Assembly: GCA_010909165.1 (NCBI GenBank)
Contig: VJWM01000044.1
Coordinates: 1,550,001 to 1,614,000, forward strand
Reading direction: 5' to 3'
Length of the DNA stretch: 64,000 nucleotides
From: Anthoceros angustus
Taxonomy: Eukaryota; Plantae; Anthocerotophyta
Part shown: one piece after another, positions 10,853 to 22,745 of the stretch
Numbering within the stretch: position 1 is the first letter of the stretch
Layout of the letters: the number at the start of each line of letters is the position of its first letter
Position numbers and translations under genes: made by a program
Notes under the pieces: generated by a model
What the model was told of the DNA's origin: nothing
Database searches by the model: none
The model's input: only the letters and a program-made list of their open reading frames with translations

Positions 10853-13800
10853 TCTGTTGATGCATAAAAATCCGGCCATTAGGCCGATCACGGAGAATCT
10901 GAATGCCAAGGCACCATTGAAGAACTCCAATATCCTTCATTTCAAATTCAGCCCGTAACATATCTTTAACGCTATTGATAAGGGTCATACTAGTGCCAAA
11001 CATACATACGTCATCAACATATAAGGCTAAAATGATAAAGTCAGAACCGTCAGCAAGATAATAAACATTACTATCGGCATGGCTTTGAATAAAGCCAATA
11101 AATTTAAGACGACCATCACATTTATAATACCATATATGAGCACTTTGTTTTAAGCCATAGAGGCACTTAAGCAACTTACAAACAAGCTCAGCATTGGCAT
11201 CTTCATAGCCCTCGGGCTGCCGCATATATATTTCTTCCTTAAGTTCCCCATATAAAAATGCAGTGCAAACATCCATTTGATGGATTTCTAAATTCAACTC
11301 GCTAAGGCTAAGAGTACCCTCAAGGATTGGGTCTTGACTACCGGCGAAAAAGTCTCTTGATAATCTACACCGCAACCTAACCTTTAGCAACAAGTCGTGC
11401 TTTATAACGCTCAATTGAGCCATCAGCATTTAATTTTGTTTTAAATACCCACTTGCATAGGATGGGTTTACGACCGGAGGAAGTGAGACTAAATCCCAAG
11501 TGTGATTTTTAATCAAAGAATTATACTCACTTTTCTATGCGACTTTCCATGTCGCACCATTGGGCCCATTCAGTGCCTCTTGATAGGTAGCCGGTTCATT
11601 GTCAACCGTCAAAAGAGCATGCACATGAAGAGCCCTAGTCATTTCCGAAGTGGTGTCAGCAAAATCAGAAATAGCAGCATTAATAAAATCATCGGCTAAA
11701 TGCTCTTCTGAATAATTTGGGGTATTTCCATCATGTGTATTAGCCAAAATATCTGTAATTGCCCGAGAACGTGTACGCGGTCGAGATACGGGTGGTTCAG
11801 GGGACCACCGAACGGGAGGACGGCGTTCCCGTTGGGAAGAACGGCGGGAAGGCACCGCTCGCCTCCCGCTCCTGCCCCTGCTCCTGCCCCTGCTCCTGCC
11901 GCTGCCGCTGCCGCTTGCTCCCAATGCCCGCCTGCTCACCGCATCACGAGCATGCCCATACCTGTGGCATCATTCGCCTGCCCCGCCACCCGCCACACAC
12001 GATCCATCTAGACCATCACCGGCCTGCAGAGCCGCCCGGCCAGGCTCGCGGCATCCACCCGCTCCAAGATCCGCCGCGCTCCGGCATCCGCCGCGCCTAA
12101 CAGCGCCAGGTATCGGTCACTTATCTCGCGCACTACCGGGCGCGCGTGACGCATCTCCAGGGGTCGCGCGCCCGGGCGCTACCGATCCGGGCTGGGAGTG
12201 TGGGCTGGGAGTGTCTGTGCATATTGTGCAGGAGGGCGATGCGGGTGTTGTCCAACAGGTCGGAAGCCATCAGCCTGCGGCTCTTCCTGAGCATCAGCGG
12301 GAGCAGCGGCAGGGGAATGAAAGCCGAGATTGTGGTGCGTCGGATCACGGCTGTGATCAATAAAAGCAGGTTGGAAGCCACTTGAGACACCGGGAATAGG
12401 GTAGAGGAATCCCTCATCTGGAGCAGGATCGTCGTCAGGAAATATGTGAGAATCAAAACTGCTGGTGTCTGGGATGTCATCTGAATCCCAAGGTGAGTCC
12501 TTAGTAGGTTGGTGACTGGACTCTCCACTCGCGGAAGAGGCTTCCACTGCGCGAGCGACCACTGGAGCTTCATTGAAGACAACGCTCCTGGCATAAGTAA
12601 GTTGGCGTGTAGAAGGCATGTAAAGCTTGTAGGCTTTCACCTGCTCGCCGTAGCCAACAAATATGTGTCTGGTGGCCCTGTCTGCTAGCTTAGGCCGGCC
12701 TTGAAGGGGAACAAGGGCCCAGGCGGTGCAACCAAACACTCTGAGATGGGCTACCCCAGGTTTCCTCTGATACCATAACTCAAATGGTGTTGTCCCTAAC
12801 GGAATGGCTGATGTATGGATCCGATTCATTACATAGGTAGTCAGTGACCACCGCCCAATAGGGCTTCGGAAGATGGGAGGCAGAGAGCATTGTCCTAGCT
12901 GCGCTGCCAAGGTCCCCGATCTTCTTCTCGAATCCCGTTTCTTTGGGATGTATAAGGTCAGATATCGCAAGATTCCATGAGCCTTACACCAATCTTGAAA
13001 ACATTGGAGCTAAACTCACCTCAGATTATCATCATGAACCTTGGAGCAAGTCTGAGATTCAGCCATCACTCTAAAGTCTTGGAAGGTGCTGAAAGCATCA
13101 CTTTTCTTCTTCAGCGGATAAGTATGCGTAAACCTACTGTAATCATCAACGATCACAAGGTAATACTCTGCTCCCCCTAAGGAAGGCTGACTGAGTGGAC
13201 CACAAATGTCCGCATGTACCAATTCCAACAAAGTAGTTGCTCGAGTTGCACTTGTGTTGGTAAAAGGCAGTTGCTTATGCTTGCCCACCACACAGGATTC
13301 ACACATAGGCATGTGTTTGGGTAGTTTGGGTAATCCTTCTTGGGCCCGGTAATAATCTCCTTGTGAGAGTCGTAGGAGCTTAGGCAAGTTAGGATGTCCA
13401 AGTCTCATATGCCACAAGAGTGTCTTGTTAGAAACATCTGCAGGCATATGTGCTACATCACATGTAGCAGATCTTCCACTTGAGGAAGATATAGGTGTGA
13501 GCTGAAGGACATACAGCTCATCTTGAGCTCTCCCAATGGCAATGCACCGCTCGGGCCTTACTCAAATGACATGCATCATTGGTAAAGAGGAATTGTATAT
13601 TACATCTGGTAGTGAGAGCACGAACAGATAGAAGGTTCTTGGACATAGAAGGTACATAGAGCACATTGTCAAGAAATAACTCCGTTCCTAGCGAAGTAGT
13701 TAGTTGTATAGTACCTTTCCCTTCAATAGCAACAGGTCTGTCGTCTGCGACAATCACCACCTGTCCAGAGTAGTCTGGCACAAAAGTGGTGAATAAATCT

Positions 13801-15481
13801 CTATTGTTGCAGATATTAGCGGACGCACCTGAATCAAGATACCAAAGGGATGTCGAATCTCTAGATGTAGAGAAACACACAGTCATCACAGAAGGGATTG
13901 TGCGTGTAGGGCTCTCAGCTACAAGGTATGATTCAGGGGGCCGGAATTTTCTAGGCTCCCCTGCCTTTTTCTTACGGCAATCTTTCTCCCAATGACCTTC
14001 GATGAGGCACCAATTACAAGCTCCCTTTTTCTTCCTTTTGCTGTTCTGACCTTTGCTTATGTCATTGACATTAAACCTGCCTGGTTTCTTGTTCCACTTG
14101 CCCTTTCTCTCCGTAAGAAGGACCTTGTCATGTTGATTAGAGGTTGAACCTGCATTTAACCTCCTCATTGTTTCCTCCTGCAGCATAGCTCCAGCTATTT
14201 GAGCTACTGTTATTGATGGTGTTTGACCTTGTCATTGAAGGCGCAAGAAGGGGCCATTGTCTTTGTGACACGAAACCTTGCCAGCTAGGTGGTAGGCTAG
14301 AGAGTAGTTGGGCAGCGGCGTCCAGTTCAGACATGGTGGAGTTAAGAAGAGCAAGCTGGGATCTCAAGTGTCTAAACTTGCCCAAGTAAGCCGCTACGCT
14401 CTCCTTCTCCTTAAGCCGCAGCGAGTAGAAACTCATCCTGGCTTCCACCAAGGTCATGACATTTTGTACTTTATACAGGTTGGCCAGGTTATCCCAAATC
14501 TCCTTGGCAGTATCAATGCCAACAGCGTGATCCATCATGGACTCATCAAGTATTTCGCGGTCTTGTTTCCTTTGTTCCACTCATCAACAGCTTGTTGTGA
14601 TGGGGTTTCCGGACTTGATGGAGAGTTTGCTGGTACGGGAGCTTGTTTCTTCCCAGAGACAAATTCCCATACGTCCTTTAGATCAAGAGCTGCTTTCATC
14701 CTGATAGACCAAATATTGTACTTTGTGCCATTGAAGCAGTCCGTTCTCGAACTGCTACTGTAGTATGATATACATTGGTTGTCGTGGAACCGCTCAAGGA
14801 GATGTTCTGACATCTTCTTGTCGTTATAGGTAGACCCAAGGTATTATGATGCCTTGGACACAAGCTATAACGATAAGAGGAAAGAATAATTAGGTCTAAA
14901 TCATTAGATAATATATTCTAAATATTAAAATACAAATATGGCCTTCAACCGTTGGAATGTTGAAGACGCTAGTGGCGTTCACGCCTTACCAACGTGCCCG
15001 CTCAAATCTCGGAGGCGGTCGAGACCGCCATGAGGCGAGGGGTTCTTGCGAGGGCATGAGTAGATTGATGAGAACAGTAATCTTGATATGAAGTTGATTG
15101 ATCACTTCCAAAAGTTCCCCGGATGTCAATCGCGCGTCTTCTTGACTGTAAGTGGTAGATTCTCCTTCACCAAATACAATTCGGGCTCTTTCCGCGGTCG
15201 AGTTTGCGAGGTTCCTGTTGGGATGGCGACGCATAGGGCACCAATTTTGTAAAGGAATGCTCTGGCCTTGACCACGGCTTGAGGCGCCCATGCAGCGACA
15301 TTACTCCGAGATTGTACCCTCACGGTTGTGGCGGGAGGAACCACACACCGTGCCATTACCCGATCTCCTTTGTCATTCCTTATTTCATGGACAAGTCGAG
15401 TTTGCATTGCATTCCGCGCATAGGAACATCAACATCACATGTAGATCGACGATCGTAATCAAGATCGGGTGCTCGATACCA

Positions 15482-15632
15482 AGTGAAAGAGCGAAGACAC
15501 GGCGATAGAACTGTAGCTTGACTCTTTCGATTAATTATCAACAATACAAAAATGTGTTCTTATACGTTATTACGAAACGACGTACTGTAAACCCTAGACT
15601 AGCTTTGTGTGTTAGAGATGCGTCTCTTCACA
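15482..15632 (-). repeat. 5' LTR of Copia element (151 bp)
   Basis: Near-identical to 8631-8783; followed by the PBS on the minus strand. Confidence 0.93.
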
Positions 15633-16039
15633 GTTGCCAGGAATTCTACACAGGTAACAAGTTAACCGAAACGGTGCAGAAATACAACGCTTTCGCCTTC
15701 CGAAGCAGGCTCCTCGAATGGTGCGCATCCTGTTGCAATGCTGCCGAGCTGTCTGTCAGATCCTCCTCTAACCTTCCCATCTGAAGCAAAAGCTTGAGAT
15801 CTGTTGCAGTAGGCCTGCACAAGCCGGTTGGTCCGGACAGAATCCTGCACCGGATCGACTCGTGAGGAGCTGTTCTCAGTTTCTGTGATAACGATGCTCA
15901 TCTTGTAGAACACAGTCGCCGCCTCCCAATCTTCCCGGTCAAGCCTCCCGTTCCCGAACCTAATCAACGTGTCTGCATGGTGCTCGCCAGAGTTTTCGTA
16001 AGCAGACTCTCCATGATGTTCCCCCATGATGCCAGGCAT
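15633..16039 (-). pseudogene. TPR-domain gene fragment (5' part), frameshifted and interrupted by the Copia insertion; continues at about 8625 and below
   Basis: FGNGRLDREDWEAATVFYKMSI...LVQAYCNRSQAF...SLLRKAKALYF is TPR-like. Reading across the TSD gives VEFLATSCPNPPDAAEKEEIQEFI. Confidence 0.55.
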
Positions 16040-16120
16040 AGTTGAAAATTGATGGGTGGTAAACAGAAGAGGATTCGGGAGTCCACAACTAGGACGTCTA
16101 AAGCGACATGAAACCTTGCG

Positions 16121-16333
16121 CGCTTTCAAAGTTCCTTCATATTACTTTTTCCATGGGGCGTGCTTTCAAAGTTCCTTATATTATTTTTTCCATGGGGCGT
16201 GTTGTCAAAGTTCCTTATATTATTTTTTCCATGGGGCCTCCTTCATGTGCTTTCAAAGTTCCTTCATATTACTTTTTCCATGAGGGTGCTTTCAAAGTTC
16301 CTTATATTATTTTTTCCATGGGGCCTCCTTCAT
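16121..16333. repeat. Minisatellite, 5 units of ~39-48 bp (TTTCAAAGTTCCTT(C)ATATTA(C/T)TTTTTCCATGGGG...)
   Basis: Units start at about 16123, 16163, 16202, 16250 and 16289. Confidence 0.9.
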
Positions 16334-16439
16334 CCGCTTCTAGGAAGGATACTTCTTGCCCAGTCTGTAGAATTTTATATAAGCGTATTGTTGGGGCAAA
16401 AAGACACATGGGCTTGATGCACAAGGACTTTTGACCGAA

Positions 16440-19400
16440 ATGCATGGGAGGCTCAGGTGAGAGGTACCTTTCGGCATTGCTGCCCCTTCCTCCTCACATC
16501 CAACTGCTCCCCTGGAGCCTTCGCCAAAGTCTTGGCAGTGGTTGCGGGTGCAGTCTGGTCATCTTTTGGCTCTTTATGACGCGTGTCTCTTGGGACCCCA
16601 CCCTTTTCGATGTCTCCCTCATCGACTGCAAGTCGATGTCCGCTTGGCCTTCAGGCTTCCCTTGGAGTGCCTCGCGTAGAACTCTCGAGATGAAGCAGCC
16701 TGGACTTTGCTCCTTTTTCTTCCCCGGTGGTGTCTCCGTCGCTCGAGAGGTGGGAATCCAGGTCACAGGGAGGTTGCCCCCGGCTCCGCCATTTCCGGGT
16801 CGGGGACTGGCAGGCTCTTCAGGAAGAGGGTGGCTATATTGCTCCATCGAGGGTGGAGTTGGCTAAGCTTGATCAGGTTTATCAAGACCGTGAAGGCGCG
16901 TCTCAAAAGGTGCCTTATGCTTGGTCATGCAAGCGAGTACGCTAGGGCTACACAGAAAACATTGGCCACATGGCGGATGACGTTTTTCCAGGATGCATGC
17001 CAATACGTTGTCCTGCATGACTGCACTTGGGCTGTTCTCAAGGTTGTGGAGTCCGAGGCACAACCGCGAAGGAACGGCAGCGGCAAACCTGTCCCGTCCG
17101 CTGCGTCGGAAATTTGCCTTATGTTTTTTCCCGGCCTGGATGCTTGGCCTATGTGTATGCTTGGCCAATGGAATTGTCTCTACATGCATCATTGAAAAGG
17201 GTCCTTGGCCTATGGTACAAGTCATTGTTCATGACCTGGTCTTTGAAACTAGTTGTATCATACATGGCTATATATGTAGGAATAACGTGGAAAACGAACA
17301 TGGTGCTTGCGAAGTTGGTATACGGTTTTCCCCTCCGCATCGTGGAGCAAGAGCGGGCAGCTACTAGTAGATGAGGCGGTTGAGCGGATAATTTGCCGAG
17401 TTGTGGCGAATCAAACAGATCCAAATTTGAAGAATATAAATGATTGCACCACTCAAGCCATAATAGCGCAAATGGAGGCCCCCTGTTTTGAAGTGATTGC
17501 AACATGAGGATGTGAGGGAAGCCATGGGTAGAGAGTTGAATGTGATAATGGAGGGCGCAAGCGTGCGGGGCGGGCGCTGCTCGGTTTTTGGCCGAGCCGG
17601 TGGCTCAAGGCCCCGAGGAGACTATTGCTCCTCTTCGGGCCCTTCACCCGACTCCAAATGTCCCCATCCCACCGGATATCTTGGAGTTTGTGGCTGAGGA
17701 GCCCTTATGTATGGACAGGATGGTTTTTGGTCGCGCTCTAACTACCGCCCCTCGGTTCTCTTCTGGAGATCTTTCTAGAACTGCCTATTATCACCTCCGG
17801 GACTACTTCTATCCTGAGGATCCGTCTAGTGGATTTTCGAAGCTTTTGATCCTGGCGACGGTTGTGGTGCGAGGTGAGACCCCAATCAGATTTCATGGGT
17901 GTTGGGGACCAGCAGGCTTTTGGCTATGGAGAAGCCCACACCGGGGGTGTGCCCAATCGCCGTGGGAGAGGCGTTCCTGCGTCTTATTAGCCGCAGCATT
18001 GCCCTCTAGCTCATAGAGCAATTCCGAGCTCATCTTAGCCCCCATTAATTTGGCATCGCCACACTGGGGGCTACAAGACGGTGAGTTTTGGAGTCGAGGC
18101 GATTCTCCAGCTACACCTGGATTGGGTTCCCCTTCAAGTCGATGTTGAGAACACTTTTAATATTATATCCAAGGCGGCCATTATCCAAGAGCTTAAAGAT
18201 GCGGGTAGGCAACTAGCAAGTCTTATTTCTTTTGTTTGCTCTTTCTATGGTTCGCCATCTAACTATATTATCGACGGCCCCTGGGAGGAGGTCTCCGTGC
18301 TTGACTCCGCAACGGAACCAGTGGGGATCCCTTGGGGAGTTCTCATGATGGCGCATTTCGTGGCCTCACAACGAGAAGAGGTCGAAAGCATCTTTGACTT
18401 GGTCCACTGACCCAAGGACGGATGGAAAGATGCATTACCACATCGAGGAGGCATTTGGAGCTCTCCCACCTTGGCTTGAAGGTCAAGATCTTAAAGTGCA
18501 AGGTTTGGTCCGTCCCAGACACGCCTCTTCATTATCTTGGGAGGATATTGATTCTCACGGGTCGCAAGTCCTTGAGTCCTTGGCCCCGGCTTTATACGGA
18601 ATTTTATAGATGTTGCTTCAAAGACGATCTTGCATATCGACGATCCCGCAGTGGCCTTGCATCCTCTCTTCCCCGCCGTACTGGTATCTCATTCGCACCG
18701 CCCCTCCGCTTTTCTTTCTCAACTTGGAGATTTCGACAAGGTGTTATGCGCTCTATCCTTCCAATTTGTGGTCGGATCCGCGCGGTGACATGCGCCCCTC
18801 CCCTCGCTTTTGGTGGCGCAGTCTTTTGGCCATGGAGGCCTCGGCCAGCTATTATAGGAAGTTGGGCAGCATTTTGGAGAATTTTATCGCAGGATTTGAG
18901 GAGGCCCTGCTTTGAAGTGATTGCAACATGAGGATGTGAGGAAGCCATGGGTAGAGAGTTGAATGTGATAATGGAGGCGGCGTGCGGGGCGGGTGCCTCG
19001 GGCTCGTGCCCTTTGGCGAGCCGGTGGCTCGAGGTCAGGAGACTATTGCTCCTCTTCGGCCCTTCACCCGACTCCAAATGTCCCCATCCCACCGGATATC
19101 TTGGAGTTTGTGGTGAGCCCTTATGTATGGACAGATGGTTTTGGTATCCTCTGCCTTCGGTTCTCTTCTGGAGATCTTTCTAGAACTGGCTATTATCACC
19201 TCCGGGACTACTTCTATCCTGAGGATCCGTCTAGTGGATTTTCGAAGCTTTTGATCCTGGCGACGGTTGTGGTGCGAGGTGAGACCCCAATCAGATTTCA
19301 TGGGTGTTGGGGACCAGCAGGCTTTTGGCTATGGAGAAGCCCACACCGGGGGTGTGCCCAATCGCCGTGGAGAGGCGCCTCGCCTTATTAGCCGCATTGC

Positions 19401-21500
19401 CCTCTAGCTCATAGAGCAATTGAGCTCATCTTAGCCCCCATTAATTTGGCATCGCCACATCGGGGCTACAAGACGGTGAGTTTTGGAGTCGAGGCGATTC
19501 TCCAGCTACACCTGGATTGGGTTCCCCTTCAAGTCGATGTTGAGAACACTTTTAATATTATATCCAAGGCGGCCATTATCCAAGAGCTTAAAGATGCGGG
19601 TAGGCAACTAGCAAGTCTTATTTCTTTTGTTTGCTCTTTCTATGGTTCGCCATCTAACTTATATTATCAGCACGGCCCCTCGGTGGAGGAGGTCTCCGTG
19701 CTTGACTCCGCAACGGGAACCAGGCAGGGGGATCCCTTGGGGGGAGTTCTCTTTGCGATGGCGCATTTCAGGGCCTGTCAAACGAGAAGAGGTCGAAAGC
19801 ATCTTTGACTTGGTCCACTGACCCAAGGACGGATGGAAAGATGCATTACCACATCGAGGAGGCATTTGGAGCTCTCCCACCTTGGCTTGAAGGTCAAGAT
19901 CTTAAAGTGCAAGGTTTGGTCCGCGTCCGGTATTACGCCCCCTCTTCATTATCTTGGGGAGGATATTGATTCTCCACAGGGGCTGCAAGTCCTTGGAGTC
20001 CCGGTCGGGCCCCCGGGCTTTATACGGGAATTTATAGATGTTGCTTCAAAAGACGATCTTGCGCATATCGACGATCCCGCAGGTGGCCTTCGGCATCCTC
20101 TCTTCCTGCTTCGTGCGCCGCCCTGGGTATCTCATTCGCACTGTCCCCCCCCCCTCCAGTTTTCTTTCTCAACTTGGAGATTTCGACAAGCAGGTTATGC
20201 AGTCTCTATCCTTCCAATTTGTGGTCGGGATCTGGCGCGGTGACATGCGTCCCTCCCTGTCGCTTTTGGTGGCGCAGGTCTTTTGGCCATGGAGGCCTCG
20301 GCGCCAGCGGCTATTATAGGAAGTTGGGCAGCATTTTGGAGAATTTTATCGCAGGATTTGAGGAGGCCCGGTGCTTCCCCCTCCAAGTGTCCCTAAGGTC
20401 AGCTTGGGACCTCTTACCCCCTCTGGCCAGGGAAGCCATGCCTTCTTTTTCCTTGTTTCTCGCAGACGGGCTTCGGGGGTTGCAGGCTTCTCTCCAGGAG
20501 AAGCATCATGGGCAGGTGCTGCAAGGTCTTCTTCTGGATTCATCTATTACTTGTCCTGGATTCATCTATTACTTCGTCTGGATTCATCTATTACTAGAGC
20601 TTGCCTTGGCTCTTGCTCAAGGAAGGGTGCAGGTTCCCGGCTTCTGGGCCGCCTTTGCATCCAGGCATTCCGAATTGCACCATCTTCTTTTTCTACCGCG
20701 ACGAGGTTTTGCATGGGTCTGGTCTAACCATTATCTTGTTCTCTTCCGACCTACTGCTGTGGGGCCTCCATCGACGACCCTGGGGCCCACTTAGTGCATT
20801 GTCCAAAAGGAGGACAGCGTATTGCTACACGCAACGCCATGCGAGACGTCATGTTCTCGATAGCCAAGGAGAGCGGTTTCTTCCCTTTTAAAGAGTGGCA
20901 CTATACTCTGCTCAATGGCATCTCTATCAGAGTTAACCTTTTCTTAACGCAGGAGGACGAGGTCTCGGTTGCGGACGTGGTTGTCACTGATCCAACCATA
21001 GATTCTGTTAGCGACCATGTCAATATTAACCCTCCCGGTTGGGCGGCGGAAGAGAGCACAACTTAGAAAATTTACAAGTACAGGCCCATGCAGCAAGGTC
21101 ACATTTTCATCCCCCCTGCCATTGAAAGCCTGGGGCCTTGGGTAAGGTTTTTTCTCGTTTCATTAAGGAGTGCAGAAGGGCCTACCACAATGACAAGGGC
21201 GAAGTTGGCCTCCCCCTTTCCAATGTCGTGGCTTATTTCAGGCAAAGGGTTTCCATCGCCCTGCAAAGGGCGTTGGCCAACGCCACCTTTAGGACGATCA
21301 CGAGTGTTGGAGACGCGGCATCGGTGACACCAATGGTAAGTAGGCCCTTCTCTATCTTAGACGACGATATCTTGGGGGTGGTCGGGGGTTACAAGGTAGA
21401 TTAGAACGGGGGCACGCCCCCCCCTAGCTTGGTACCCCATCGTGGTTTGTTCCCTTTTGCCTCGGGGTAGATGGGATTTCCCATCTCGTTCTTTTTATAA
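16440..21500 (+). mobile_element. Decayed non-LTR retrotransposon with C-terminal restriction-like endonuclease (CRE-clade-like); boundaries approximate
   Basis: RT motifs LRALHP, PIAVGE, LQVDVENTFN, GTRQGDPLGGVLFA; Zn knuckle CCGASIDDPGAHLVHC; RNAMRD; ADVVVTDP; FIPPAIESLGPW; RQRVSIALQRALANA. No LTRs and no APE domain. Confidence 0.8.
17474..20369. repeat. Tandem duplication (~1.43-1.46 kb) inside the CRE-like element
   Basis: Units 17474-18899 and 18900-20361; GGAGGCCC at 17474, 18900 and 20362. Confidence 0.9.
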
Positions 21501-22170
21501 AGTCTCCACATTCCTTTTAAAGTGCAACAACTGGCAAGATATAATCAAATGTCCAGCAAGTGACCCACAGCCTGTCCAGCTTCTGGGGCCAAGCCCGTTG
21601 ATTGTCTGGATTCCTCAATCCTGTAGGTTAACGTTACATGAGATGACGTCTCACATTCATCTGACTTGATGACCATTAAAATAGTTGACTGGGCAGGAGG
21701 CTAGTTTGAAGCAAAAGGCCTAATCGGCACCAACATTTTAGTTTTGCCCACCATAGGTCAAGCAGCCTGAAAGACTCAGAAATCGGACTAGAGGATATCT
21801 CTCGTTCAGGATCGATCACTGAATAATGCGGTCTCATGAAGGACTACAATAGTCGCAAAGTTATGTGCTATTCAAATGACAGGCCATGCCTCAAGCTGCC
21901 CTCCAAGACCTTCAACCAGCCTTGGAACCTTGGAATGTACCTCTTAAATCTTATTAACGGTAGAGCCTCCACTGGTGATGAGTTTGTTGTAAACTAAGAG
22001 AATGACATACACAAGACAAAGATTCATAGCACTAGTAACAACATACTAGGCACACTAAGTAAGTGTTTTGGATAAGACAAACTATAGACAGCGGCCTTGA
22101 AGGGGCCTTTATATAGGGGAATAATTTGTATTAATTTGAAAATAATTAAAGCAGGTCTAGTATACTACTT

Positions 22171-22290
22171 TAACCATTGAACCTAACTGATTTTTATATT
22201 TTTATATTTTTATATTTTTATATTTTTATATTTTTATATTTTTATATTTTTTTAACCATTGAGCCTAACTGATTTTTATATTTTTTATAT
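22171..22290. repeat. (TTTTTATA)n microsatellite bracketed by a direct repeat TAACCATTGA(A/G)CCTAACTGATTTTTATA
   Basis: Seen directly in the sequence. Confidence 0.85.
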
Positions 22291-22745
22291 GAAGATTGCT
22301 TCTGGGTAGAAAATCACTCAGACAACTTGCAAAATGGAAGTATTATGCCAATGCATGCTTCGCGAGAGGTTTCTTTTCGTAAACGTCATACTTATACATC
22401 CTAATTTTTGTCACAAAAAATAGCAATGAACCTGCATTCCTACTTAGGTTTATCCAAGTACTATATCTTTACTGTAATTCAAATCCATAAATTTAATTTT
22501 TATATTTAAATTAAAAATAAATTTTATGTTGATTATATAACCTTAATTTTTAAAGATTAGATCAATGATATTTTAACTTATTAGGTAAAATATAATAGGA
22601 TAATAGAAGGAATAGGGAAATCGCCGCATTGAAGATGTCGATATGACAACAAAAGGTTTTATACAAAGTACTATCACAAGTTATTGGTATCATACATATA
22701 TGTACAATATGTTATCTATAAGCCAAGCAAAAATTATGTACTCAG

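Larger units (their letters stand above)
8631..15632 (-). mobile_element. Ty1/Copia LTR retrotransposon, near full length, frameshifted, with internal triplication
   Basis: LTRs at 8631-8783 and 15482-15632; TSD GTTGC at 8626-8630 and 15633-15637; PBS TGGTATCGAGC (tRNA-iMet-like) ending at 15481; PPT GAGTGGGAG at 8784-8792. Domain order is Copia-type: gag (FNGTKYNIWSIRMKA; CNWCLIEGHWEKDC), protease (WYLDSGAS), GAG-pre/integrase (LWHMRLGH, LELVHADICGP), RT (QMDVCTAFLYG, LYVDD), RNase H (GFVDADWA). Confidence 0.95.

Noticed and set aside
16121-16333. Repeat array superficially like CRISPR
   Set aside because: Units are contiguous with no unique spacers, there are no cas genes, and the context is eukaryotic.
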